Source of the DNA: Octopus bimaculoides
Taxonomy: Eukaryota
Length of the DNA: 51,747 nt
Assembly: GCF_001194135.2 (NCBI RefSeq)
Contig: NC_068985.1
Coordinates: 8,682,881-8,734,627, forward strand
Direction of reading: 5' to 3'
Part shown: in pieces, positions 37,179-50,020 of the stretch
How the letters are laid out: each line of letters starts with the position of its first letter
How positions within the stretch are numbered: position 1 is the stretch's first letter
Position numbers and translations under genes: made by a program
The notes under the pieces: model-generated
Told to the model about the DNA's origin: nothing
What the model saw: the letters and a program-made list of their open reading frames with translations, nothing else
Database searches by the model: none

Positions 37179-37401
37179 ATGTTAGTAAATATATGTTATT
37201 AAGACAGAAACAATAAATATAAATATAAATAAAAACAAGGTAAAAATTTTAATAAAAATAAAACCGTTATAAATATGGATGGCTACTGCCTATGTTAATT
37301 TATGTGTGTCAGTGTATGGATGTTTATTTTCTTGCTTGATTTATGTGTATGTATGCATGTTAGTAAAAAGATTGTGTGTGTGTGTGTGTGTGTGTGTGTT
37401 C

Positions 37402-37445
<44 letters not shown>

Positions 37446-37894
37446 CATTAGAATGACAACGGAATAAAAAAAGATATGTATTTTTCCACCAAAACTAGCA
37501 TTATCAAAATTCAAAATGTCTTATAATAATCTGTTAAGTAGTTAAAGCTTAGTCTCTTGAAACGGACAAATATCATCCGATCCCATTGCCAAAAATTTTG
37601 ACAATGCGGTGAGTGCCTTCTATATAAATATGAATCTTATGTCTTTCTAAAAATTAGTCTTATAACTATGCTCCATTTTGACTTCTTTATAAATGCAAGT
37701 AAATATGGGCTCTTACTAAATGTGAATTACTATGCATTCTAATAAATTAATTTTTCTTTCTCTGTCGTAGTCTCTAAACAAACCTTTTGAAACTGAGTCA
37801 GTGTCTCTTAAAAGAGATATTTAAAAAGCTATAATAATCTATATATCCTCAATATAAATTCTTTACAATTTTATCTTTATACCATTTTCATACA

Positions 37895-38925
37895 CCTGCG
37901 TCTTTGAGACTCCACAAAATACAGGTGGGCTGAGGACAACACTGCTTGTCGTACCAGCATAGCCGGACGACATGCAGACAGGAAACGCTGGTCCGAAAGG
38001 AACTGCAATTCCTGAATCAAAATCAGTGCATGACTTGGGCATGGACATGAGCAATGATGCATATTTCCAGGTGCATATTACCGATTTGATAATAAAATGC
38101 AGATGGCTGTCTAGATGGATACTCCTAACTTTCAAAACAACAGAAAAGGAGACACTGATGGTCCTTTGCAGGGCACACGTTCTCAGCCGCTTGAACTACT
38201 GCTTCCAACTATGGTGACCACAGAATATGAAATTAACAGCTGAACTTGAAGCAATCCAACAAAGCTACGCAAAGAGAATCATGTCAATGCAACGCATCAG
38301 CTACTCGGAAAGACTGAAAGACTGAAAGAATTCAAACTATTCTACATACATACATACACACATTCAGAATGTCTAGTTATTTTCCGAAGAAATCTACGTC
38401 CACATTTTGTAGGTTCCTTAAATTTTGTGCATGGCCTTAAAGAGATGTGGGCTTTTGGATTAGAATGAAGGCAGGAAAGATATGTAGTGATATACATCTG
38501 AAAAATCCTAAAAGACCTTGTACCAAACGTTGGCATTGAAAGTTATAAAAACATTAGAACGGGGCGCCACTGCATAATGCCAAAGATCCCAGCATGGCCA
38601 GCCATCAAAATACAGGATCAGATACAGCAACAGCTTGGGTTTCAAGGACTTACAGCTCTTCACTATCCTTCCAAAATGCCTGAGAGACATGCATGGTGTG
38701 GATATAGGTGTCTTAAAAAAAAAAAACTGGATCTCCCCCTGTCAAGGGTTCCAGATGAACCTACCTCACGACAGGAAACACAGACGAGGGTACAGCCTCA
38801 AACTCCCTCATTCATAAAATGCCACATATCAGATGAGGTTTCAAATAATGGTGTAGCACAGCTAACGGTGGTGCCTTAGCATGGCCATAGCTTTGAAGCT
38901 GAAACAACTTAAAGATTACAGATTA
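37895..38925 (+). mobile_element. CR1-like LINE 3' kilobase, frameshifted, with inverted insert
   Basis: YRWAEDN, SVHDLGMDMSND..FQVHI, HVLSRLNYCFQLW, ISYSERLK, VPDEPTSRQ, then the 3' tail and short repeats. Confidence 0.9.
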
Positions 38926-39027
38926 AAGATATACATCCATATCTGAGGAAATCCCTGTGGTGCTCCAACATGGCCGCATCCGCATGACTGAAACGAGAAA
39001 AAGAAAGAAAAAGAAATATATATATAC

Positions 39028-39101
<74 letters not shown>

Positions 39102-39852
39102 CATATGAGGAGGGGAACAGTATGCTCACCGACTACAATTGATTTATAATTGACTAAAATTCGTTACATAAGAGGTAACGTATACTTAGCTAATAATATT
39201 CAGGCAGTAGTTACCTTATCGAAGCTTACGTTGCTGCAAGCAGGCAGTAATCGAAGAATCAACGAGGTAGCTACCTGTTCCACTCCTTCTATGTTTTCGA
39301 TAATTATTCGCATTTTTAGTAGCGTTAGTTGGGAAACCGTGTCTTTTATGGAAACAATCAGCTTAACAAAAGTTTTTTTAACCTCGATATGGAAAGAAGT
39401 GTGAAGCTTACTATGTTAATGAATATAATCTATATTTTATCGTATACAGTCCACTGTTTCTCTATACTAGCCGCCTGTTGCTTGAAGCTTACTTACATCC
39501 TACACTTCGAACCCTTGGATCGTACTTACTAATTGATATATATGATACATGTTTGTATAATTTGAATGTATAACATAATATTGTAGAATATATGAAATGA
39601 AAAAATCGATTTTTTACTTAAACAATCGTACCGTCGATCTGACCTCTTCGGCGTTATATTAAGCCTATTGGATCTTACCTTGGGGTTGCGAAGTGCTCCC
39701 TTCGGTATTAATCAGAGTCTCTTCGATTTTTTGGAATACTACGCTACCAAGGATCTTACACGATGTGGTGATGGGGTGATCGCCGAGATTATACCTATCC
39801 TCTGAATCAATCAATCACTCAATCAATCAATCATTATACATACATACATACA

Positions 39853-39885
<33 letters not shown>

Positions 39886-40454
39886 NNNNNNNNNNNNNNN
39901 NNNNNNNNNNNNNNNNNNNNNNNNNNNNNNNNNNNNNNNNNNNNNNNNNNNNNNNNNNNNNNNNNNNNNNNNNNNNNNNNNNNNNNNNNNNNNNNNNNNN
40001 NNNNNNNNNNNNNNNNNNNNNNNNNNNNNNNNNNNNNNNNNNNNNNNNNNNNNNNNNNNNNNNNNNNNNNNNNNNNNNNNNNNNNNNNNNATATATATAT
40101 ATATATATATATACACTTTTTCAAAACAGCAAATTTCAAAGTGTGCAAGTTTATAAATAACACTGTGTAAGTATCGGCTTTGAAATCTACAGTTCTGTAA
40201 AAGTATTATTTCACGTTCTCTCGAAGTCTATAAATTATTGTGATGCACTCTATATAAGTGTGTGTGTATGTATATATGTATGTATAAATATATGTATGTA
40301 TATATATATGTGTGTGTGTGTGCACCACACACACATATATACATACATACGTACATATTTACCTACCCACCTACGTTTCTACCTACCTACCTACTTACCT
40401 ACCTACCTACCTACATACATACATACATGCATACATACATACATACATGCATAC

Positions 40455-40942
40455 ATATACATGGAACATTCTGAGAGGGCTGGTACCTAATTTCGGTACT
40501 GAGTGTTTAATAAATGCCCGAACTGCACGCCGTTGTATTGTAGCATTATACCACTATCGAAATTCAGGACCCGGTACTTCACCAGCTTAGGGTCCAAAAG
40601 CCCACATCTATTTAATGCCATGCACAAAAATTAAGGAACCTACACAATGTGGACGTAGATTTCTTCAGAAAATAACTAGACATTCTCCTCGCCACAACAC
40701 TGGATGAATGAAGGGCCTGGTATGATGTACGCATAAGGGCAGCGGTGTCAGATTCGGTCAAACTCCGTCAAATTCCGTTAAACCCCTGGCCAACAACCAG
40801 GGTAAAAGCACATACAGAAGAGGTGATGTGAAATACCTCCACCTTGAAGAAATCATCCGAAGGTGAATCAAACGTAAATGTGCAACAACGCGGTGGTGCT
40901 CCAGCATGACGGCAACCGTTGGCTGAAAGAAATAACAGAAGA

Positions 40943-40945
<3 letters not shown>
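40455..40945 (+). mobile_element. CR1-like LINE 3' fragment, diverged
   Basis: YTWNILRGLVPNFGTEC..RTARRCIV corresponds to YIWKILEGFVPNFGIES..RTGRHCIV; tail GGTGGTGCTCCAGCATG at 40892. Confidence 0.8.
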
Positions 40946-40985
<40 letters not shown>

Positions 40986-41219
40986 TGAATGAGTGAGTGA
41001 GTGAGTGTGTGTATAATTGTTTGTATGTGTATATATGTATATATGTATGTATGCGTATATATAAATGTATACGAGTGTAAATATATGCATGTGTCTATGT
41101 GTATATACATATATACATACACACATATATATATATATATATATATGTTGATATAGATATACGTATGCTTGTATGTATTTACGTAAGTATGCTGTATGTA
41201 TGTATGTATGTATGTATAT

Positions 41220-41800
41220 ATACCATTATTCAGTTTATTACAAGATTTCTTGCCGATAAAGAAAGAACCAGGGTATAAGCAACATAAGCAACAGGGTATT
41301 TTTGCTTGTATGTATGTATGTAAGTATGTGCAGATTTGTATGAATGTATGTATGTATGTATGCATGTATGTATGTATGCATGTATGTATATAGGTGCAGA
41401 TTTGTATGTATATATGTATTTTCATGCATATAGTTGCATATCTAGACATGCTCATATATATTTAAATGATAAACTTCTGGCAAGTTTTACAGATTTTTAC
41501 AGTTCTAGTGATGGATTGAATCTGTAGTCTTCGAATTAGCTTTCTCATTCCTGGTTTCGAGAAGCCTAATTTCTCAAGACTGAAATTTAGACAATGTGCT
41601 ACATATCTCAGGTCCCTAATAATTACAGATATAAACCTGAACTTGTAATCTGTATCGAGTAACTGCAGATTTCTCAACAGCTCAGCATAGGTGTTCTCTT
41701 CTTAACTAATGTTCAGCTTTATGTTAACATCCGTTGGGCAGCTAATTTGCACAACTGCACAGTTTCTCTTCTCTGACCCAAATCATCATATCAGGTCTAT
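41220..41800 (-). mobile_element. L1/Tx1-like RT fragment, interrupted by microsatellite
   Basis: RNLQLLDTDYKF..VI..L..V resembles RPISLLNTDYKILAK; TLVKK lies upstream in another frame. Degenerate. Confidence 0.5.
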
Positions 41801-42769
41801 TTTGCTTACATTTTATTGAGATTTTCACTGGGACATTCTACCTGTATTCCTTTTCATTATGATTGATTATGGCATCTACCATAGTGTGAGTTTTTATTTC
41901 TTTGTCCTCGGGTTTATCCTTCGGACGGATTTCATTATGTATGTACGTATTTCTTTCGTAATATTTCATAAAAGTGAGCTGAGCTTCTTTTTGTTTAAAA
42001 TTCCTGATCCCCAAACCTCAGATACAACTGTGGCGCGTTTCGTCTCGTCTATAAATATGAATAATTGAGCCTCATTTGTTCAACCGAGTGCCTTACTTTT
42101 ATACGAGTCATTATACCTGCTGTATAAACTGTACCTCTGTAAAGATAAATAAAGAAAATATGGTCAAACAATATTAATAATATCTACATCAATAGCAATC
42201 ATCCATCAAATCGAGTCAATTTTGTGTTAGACTATATAGCTTAGAGAAGTAAGTTATATATAAATGTATGTGTAAAATAGCAATTTCCGCTTTCTGTTAT
42301 ATCTTTGTATTTTCATTTACTTTGAATCCGTATTCAGTAACATCAATGTTTTAGAGTATTATTATGTATCTTTTTGTCTCATCATCGAATGTCGGAAAGC
42401 TTTTCAAGTAGAAAATCGTAGGGTTTGACAGGCGAGTTCCTGAGTGATATTTCATGTCGATTACATTTCAACAAAACCTGCATTGCATTGTCATTGATTG
42501 ATGCTTTGGGTCAGCAGCTACACTGGTTAGTATTTCCATCAATATGTGACTGTATGGTTATATGTGCGTCTCTATTTTTATATATGTATACGAGTATGCA
42601 TGCATGTATGTATGTATGTATGTATGTATGTATGTATGTATGTATGTATATGTGTGTGTGTGTATATATATATATGCATGTATGTAAGTACGTACGTATG
42701 TATGTAGGTAAGTACTTAGGTACGTATCCATATGTATGTACGTATGCCTGTATATGTGTGTGTGTATTC

Positions 42770-42828
<59 letters not shown>

Positions 42829-43071
42829 TCTTCTGCTTTTATTCAAAGAACGATCCACACAGCAAGATCAATATAATATATATACAAGGTATTAGAATAC
42901 AAGTAAATATTTTTCTGTATCAAATTTACAATTTACAAACAATTTACAAGCTTTGCATACATTGTTATGCACACCAACATGCATGTACACAGGCAAATTT
43001 AATATGTAGGCATAAAAGCATGCAGACATGCATGCACATACATATATCTATATGATGTACTTTATTTATAT

Positions 43072-43185
43072 TATTTACATTATTTACATTTGACGGATAT
43101 TTGTCCTCATCTTGTTTGTTGTGCTAACAACAAGCAAGATGAGGACAAATATCCGTCAAATGTAAATAAAGTAAATAATGTACAT
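43072..43185. repeat. about 50-bp stem inverted repeat with 6-nt loop
   Basis: TTTACATTTGACGGATATTTGTCCTCATCTTGTTTGTTG-tgctaa-CAACAAGCAAGATGAGGACAAATATCCGTCAAATGTAAA. Confidence 0.93.
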
Positions 43186-43247
43186 AATTCCACATCTCAA
43201 ATATAGAACTGTAATACATATATATATATATTGTAAACTTACTCATA

Positions 43248-43617
43248 GTGGAGGCACACTGGCCTAGTGGTTAAGGCAACGGACACGCGTTCGTAGGATC
43301 GCGGTTTCGATTCCCAGGCCGAGCGTTGTAAGTGTTTATTGAACGAAAACACCTAAATTCCACGAGGCTCCGGCAGGAGGTGGTGGCGAACTCTGCTGTA
43401 TTCTTTCGCCACAACTTTCTCTCACTCTTTCTATCTGTTTCTGTTATACCTGTATTTCAAAGGAGCCAGCCTTGTCACGCAGAATTTCTCTGAGAATTAC
43501 AAGAAAGATACACGTGTCTGTGGAGTGCTCAGCCACGTGCACGTTAATTTCATGAGCAGGCTGTTCCGTTGATCTCATCAACTGGAGCCCTCGTCGTCGT
43601 AACCGACGGAGTGCCAC
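43248..43617 (+). mobile_element. SINE group A, complete
   Basis: 12-bp TSD AACTTACTCATA at 43236-43247 and 43618-43629. Confidence 0.92.
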
Positions 43618-43792
43618 AACTTACTCATAATACATTCTATGTTACACAATATATAATACGTCACAAGAAGTCATAACAAATAGGAAAATAAGAGCAAAAC
43701 ATTTAGAAATGAAACGTTATAGGTTCATCTCAATGCATTCAACTTCTATAATGAACAGATAAGTTAGATATTTTAAATGATTTGGCAACTTT

Positions 43793-44090
43793 GGCACAAG
43801 CATGGCTGTGTGGTAAGAATCTTGTGAGGCACTTTGGGCAAGTGTCTTCTACTACTGCCTCGAGCCGACTAAAGCCTTGTGAGTGGGTTTCTTAAGCCTG
43901 TGTGACTTTCTGTCTGAGTTTGTCACGCAACGCCGCTAGACAATAGGTGTTAGTGTGTTTACATGCTTGTAACCTAGCGGTTCGGCAAAAGAGCCCAATA
44001 GAATAGGTACCAGGTTTGAAATATAAGTACTAGGATGGACTAATTCGACTAAAAATTGTTCAAGTCCGTGCCCCAGTATGGCCGCAGTCT
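43793..44090 (+). mobile_element. SINE group C, internally deleted
   Basis: GGCACTTTGGGCAAGTGTCTTCTACTA, AAAGCCTTGTGAGTGG, GCGGTTCGGCAAAAGAG, CCCCAGTATGGCCGCAG. Confidence 0.8.
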
Positions 44091-44549
44091 ACTGATAAAT
44101 CGATAGATAATTACACAGTACCAAAGTTCCAGTCCTCTCCGTGTAGATGTAACAATACTGGTTACAATTTTCCCATACTCTGCCAAATGACCTCAGAGAT
44201 ATGCGAGGAGTAAATGTGGAGGTTTTAAAAGAATGTTTGGGTAAATGTGTCATCTGAGTTACCAGATAAACCCACATCACAGCTGAACCACAAAGAAGAG
44301 TAATTATGTTCATCTTATTACTTCACCAAAAACAAATACGAATAGAAGAAAGAAGAGTGTGAAATTAAAACCAGGTGGTACTCCAGCGTGGCCATAGCCT
44401 ATAGATTTAACCAGGAAAAGAAAGAAATAAGTGCCACAACACCGTTCATGTTTTGAATAATTCTATTGTTTCATGAGAGAAACTTCTACTACAGGTATAT
44501 TCCGAAATAACGATGGAAATATCACTAAATAAACGTAAAGGATCTTATA

Positions 44550-45470
44550 GTACAGTAAAGTCTATTTGCCAACGCAAAGTGGCAGTCCTGCGTAGGATGA
44601 TATTACTAATTTTTAGCCCCAGGAAAACATCTTTTCCAGCTGTCTACCGACATATGATCTGTGTCCGTATACTGTAAGCAAGGGAATTTACTATTCACTT
44701 TCTAGTCGTAGCAATACCTGTAGACCAATTGTTTCTGTATAATTTCCCTTCGTCCGTACTAGACAACCACCGGCTAGAGATAGCAGCCACTCGCTCTTGC
44801 TCAGGGTATATACTTTTAAAGTACGACACAATCGCTGATCTCGTAAAAAGAAGAAAAAAACATCTAGTTTTATATCTCTGAGCGAGAAATATGTAGTAAC
44901 AGTACTGCACAATAAAGTCTATTTGTCAACGCAAATTGGCAGTCCTACGTAGGACGATATTACTACATTTTAGCCCCAGCTGGCTACCTCCCTTTCTAGC
45001 CGTAGCGATACCTGTAGACCAATGATTTCTGGGTAATTTCCCTTGGTCGGTACAAGACTACCGCCGGCTAGATATTTCTCACTCAAGGATTTAAAACAAG
45101 TTGTTTTTTCTTTTTACGAGATCAGCAACTGTGTCGTACCTTAAAAGTATATACCTTGAGCAAGAGCGAGTGGCTGCTATCTCTAGCCGGTGGTTGTCCT
45201 GTACGGATGAAGGGAAATTACTCAGAAACCATTGGTCGACAGGTATCGCTACGGCGAGAAAGGGAGTAGTCGACTCCCATGCTCACAGTATACGGACACA
45301 GATCATGTGTCAGTAGCCAGCCGGAAAAGATGTTTTCCTGGGGCTAAAAAGTAGTAACATCATCCTACGTAGGACTGCCACTTTGCGCTGGCAAATAGAA
45401 TTTACTGTACAGTACAGTTACTATATATTTATCACTCAGAGATTTAAAACTAGTTTCTTTACTTTGTATT
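44550..45470. mobile_element. complex fold-back element built from an about 355-bp module
   Basis: 44553-44908 recurs in part directly (44909-45065) and inverted (45070-45407). TA-CAGTAAA...TTTACTG-TA at 44551 and 45409. The mirror ORFs 44695-44910(-) and 45101-45316(+) confirm the inversion. Confidence 0.88.
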
Positions 45471-46584
45471 TCATAGTCGTTAGTGCAGAAATTTAGAACC
45501 TTTTCGAGAATAAATAACTGAGACATTATCCAGTTTACAAACATATTACGAAATAAAATAGTGTTAGTTATTATTTATAAATATTACGAGGAATTGTTCT
45601 GCTTAGCAAAAGAAGAGGTTGTGTGAAGAGAGGAGTTCTCCTGCCGATGATCGAAGCTATCTACATAGATTCCAAAAGATAAATCCATGTTCGCAAAGAT
45701 TTGTTCGTGTAAAATTGAAACATTTTAACTTGATGGAAATCTCTTAATAGATATGAATTTACAACAAATATGAATGTCGTAATTATCATTTTCCCTCTCT
45801 ACGGGACCCCTAAAATTCTCGGCCATCAAGCACGTAAAATAAAATCAAAAAATTCAGTAGGGGTTACATAACTTGCTTGAATTCACAAGAATCATCCAGG
45901 ACATAGATTGTACAGGCTGAAAGCAAAGGATTATCGCCTGTGATGTTGTTGTAGGTATTCACTGCAAGCGAGGACGCTGTATGTTATTTCAGTGTAATAG
46001 AAGATTTCGAGGTATTAATACCTTACACAAGAGCATTAGTGGATTGAAAGATTTAATCCGTATTGACATGATCTAGGCATGGAAAATGCAAAGCATTTTT
46101 TTTTCTTTTCCATTTCATCGCCGGTGCAATCCAAGCAGTGAAATATATTGATTATTTTTCTGATGACGAGTCAGAACTAACAGCATTAGTTCTGGGTCTT
46201 AGTGCAACAAAGCAATTATTTTCAAAGGGTTGACATGATACAGTGCGAACATTAATCATAAAATACATCGGTTCCTAATATAGATATATATATATATATA
46301 TGTATGTACATATATTTATACATGGAGATGCGCATCCATGGGCGTGTATGCGTGTGCATGTGTGAGTGGTTATGTTTGTATGAGTGTATTTATTTTAGTT
46401 GGTGTGTATATATGAGTGATTTCTGTATCATGCAAAGAGGAAGGAATAATGATTCTAACAGAGGATTGCCAATCAAAAACGATAAAAAAATGTGAAGCTG
46501 TCGTGTTGAACTTCCAATCCGATATTGAGATAAAAAATGTACGCTCCTGCCTTTTCTCACACAAAAGCAAACACGCCTTCAGCA

Positions 46585-46586
46585 CG

Positions 46587-46675
<89 letters not shown>
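46585..46675. repeat. (CA)n microsatellite
   Basis: Directly visible. Confidence 0.97.
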
Positions 46676-47383
46676 TCATACACATACATGCACACACACA
46701 CAAATCTTTGCAATGAAAGTGTGTCGCCAAGCATTTACGATGTTTACCTTACATTCATAATTTCGGTTCGATTCCTGGACAGAACGAATCATCGTCCTTA
46801 AACAAGTCATTTCATATCCCGTTGCTCCAGCATACACAGCACCAATTACATACCAGTAAAACGTTGGTGTAACAGTTTCTCACTCCCCCTGTTACTGCTG
46901 ATAATTTAATAGTCAAACCGACAAACATACAGCAAAATAATGTTATTTGCAAATAGAGCGAGAGAGAAAATGGAGGGATCGATTCCTTACTGCCTTTTAT
47001 TTATTTCCCGAAATCTTTGATTTCCTGATTTTGTCCGAACCCTTATCTTGCCTGTGTCCCTTCTAAATCATGAACAAGCACGAAGCGATGTTTCTCTTGA
47101 AATTCCGAACATAATCTCACTGGATTGGTTTGGCTTTGTATTCTAGATTCTTCTACTGAAAATTGATATCGCTGTATATGCGTTCCTTGCTTTTTGTTTA
47201 TTTAATTTGGTACAAACCCTATAGGGCGTTCTTGACTTCGTATCGCAATGATAATGTCAGTTAATTGAAAATGTTTCTCTGCGATATTTTACGTGTATAT
47301 TAGAATTCTCCTGCGTTACTGCGTGTGCGTGCCTGTGCGCACACACACGCATATATGTATATGCCATAACATGTATATATATG

Positions 47384-47442
<59 letters not shown>

Positions 47443-47753
47443 GTATNNNNNNNNNNNNNNNNNNNNNNNNNNNNNNNNNNNNNNNNNNNNNNNNNNNNNN
47501 NNNNNNNNNNNNNNNNNNNNNNNNNNNNNNNNNNNNNNNNNNNNNNNNNNNNNNNNNNNNNNNNNNNNNNNNNNNNNNNNNNNNNNNNNNNNNNNNNNNN
47601 NNNNNNNNNNNNNNNNNNNNNNNNNNNNNNNNNNNNNNNNNNNNNNNNNNNNNNNNNNNNNNNNNNNNNNNNNNNNNNNNNNNNNNNNNNNNNNNNNNNN
47701 NNNNNNNNNNNNNNNNNNNNNNNNNNNNNNNNNNNNNNNNNNNNNNNNNNNNN

Positions 47754-47802
<49 letters not shown>

Positions 47803-48507
47803 TTTAAAGAGAAACAGACACACACACACGTATGTATATATGTATATATATATACAGAGCGGAGAGAGAGGGGAGGGGAGAGGGAGAGAGAGAGGGAAAG
47901 AGAGGAGAGAGAAAGTGAGAGGGAGAGAGGGAGAGAGAGGGTGACAAATATATATAGATATTTGTATATATAATATTAGAGAAATACACGCACCCAACCC
48001 TACATATATAAGTATGTATGCGTATACATGTATGCACAATACACACACACATACATACACACGCGTATATATCAGTATGATTTTCTGTGCTTGAGTGTGT
48101 ATGCGTGCAGGTAAGGGTATAGAAGGAAAAGACAAAGGAAAAGAGAAAGAGAAAGAGAGGGAGTGATTCATATTGAAGAAGAATTTAAGAGTAGCTTGGA
48201 GGCAGAGCCAGCGCAGTGCAATGTATCGGAGGATGATAGGATTTTCAAGTTAGATATTGTGTCATCTAGACATTACTCTATCAACAAGATAATCTATCCT
48301 TATCTCCAGGGATGAAAGAGATCAACCGGATTATTACGTGTGTCTTGAGGTGTAATGCATGTGCTTGCGTGTGCATTTGTATATTCACATTTTGTCTCTG
48401 TGTGTGTGTGTCCGTAGATTTGTACGGAGTAAGTGTTGCTAATTTATGATACAAGCTGTGAAAATTTCATAATGAATTTAGTTACAATATCGCCGTCTGC
48501 AATATAT

Positions 48508-48872
48508 CGTGGCGCTCCGTCGGTTACGACGATGAGGTTTCCAGATGATCCGATCAACGGAACAGCCTGCTTGTGAAATTAACGTGCAAGTGGCTGAGTA
48601 CTGCACGTAGTTCTAGGGAAGATTTAGCGTGAAACAAAGTCTGACAAGGCTGGCCCTTTGAAATACAGGTACAACAGAAACAGGAAGAAAGAGTGAGAGA
48701 AAGTTGTGGTGAAAGAGTACAGCAGGTTTGCCACCATCCCCTGCCGGAGCCTCGTGGAGCTTTAAGTGTTTTCGCTCAATAAACACTCACAACGCCCAGT
48801 CTGGGAATCGAAACCACGATCCTACGACTACGAGTCCGCTGCCCTAACCACTGGACCATTCCACCACCACCT
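48508..48872 (-). mobile_element. SINE group A
   Basis: Near full length; CAATATAT duplicated at 48500-48507 and 48874-48881. Confidence 0.9.
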
Positions 48873-49044
48873 ACAATATATGTGCATATTAGTATACGGG
48901 TAGGTTAATATACTGATATGTGTATGCGATGTAATAATATAGCTCGTATACATGCATATACACATATACTTACACGCAAATGCACATGCGTATATTTATA
49001 TATACGTGCGTGTATGTCTATACGATACTTATATATGAGTGTGT

Positions 49045-49422
49045 GTGGAGGCGCAATGGCCCAATGGATAGGGCAGCTGACTCGCGGTCGTAGGATCGCG
49101 GTTTTGATTTCCAGACCGCGCGTTGTGACTGTTTATTGAGCGAAAACACCTAAAGCCCCCACGAGGCTCCGGCAGGGGGTGGTGGCGAACCCTGATGTAT
49201 TCTTTCACCACGAATTTCTCTCACTCTTCCTGTTTCTGTTGTACCTGTATTTCGAAGGGCCAGCCTTGTCCCACTCTGTGTCACGCTGAATCTCCCCGAG
49301 AACTACATTAGCGGTACACGTGTCTGTGGAGTGCTCAGCCACTTGCACGTTAATTTCACGAGCAGGCTGTTTCGTTGATCGGATCAACTGGAAACCTCGT
49401 CGTCTTAACCGACGGACTCCCA
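49045..49422 (+). mobile_element. SINE group A, complete
   Basis: Head GTGGAGGCGCAATGGCCC through tail AACCGACGGA. Confidence 0.92.
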
Positions 49423-50020
49423 CGATGAGNNNNNNNNNNNNNNNNNNNNNNNNNNNNNNNNNNNNNNNNNNNNNNNNNNNNNNNNNNNNNNNNNNNNNNN
49501 NNNNNNNNNNNNNNNNNNNNNNNNNNNNNNNNNNNNNNNNNNNNNNNNNNNNNNNNNNNNNNNNNNNNNNNNNNNNNNNNNNNNNNNNNNNNNNNNNNNN
49601 NNNNNNNNNNNNNNNNNNNNNNNNNNNNNNNNNNNNNNNNNNNNNNNNNNNNNNNNNNNNNNNNNNNNNNNNGAAACACATATATAGAAGTTCAAAATAT
49701 AAAATTTATGAATACATATTTACAAATTGGGAAGCATTTGCATATATAAAATTTGCATACTTAAAAATTGCCTCTCCCTCTCTCTTTCTCTCTGTCTCTC
49801 TCACACACACACAAAACGCGCGCGCGCGCACACACACTCACACACACACACACACACACACATACACATATGCTTGTGTGTTGTGTGAATTTTCTGTGAA
49901 TACAGCTGAGCGTTGAATGCGTATGAAAGAATATTCTACACACAGTCTATCATCAAAAGTTAACAGACAGACCAGTATGAGAGCGCACTGGAATACCTTT
50001 TGTGTAATATCTCCATCCAC

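Noticed and set aside
45610-45680. RT domain 4-like VKRGVLLP..IYID
   Set aside because: An isolated, degenerate match with no neighbouring domains.
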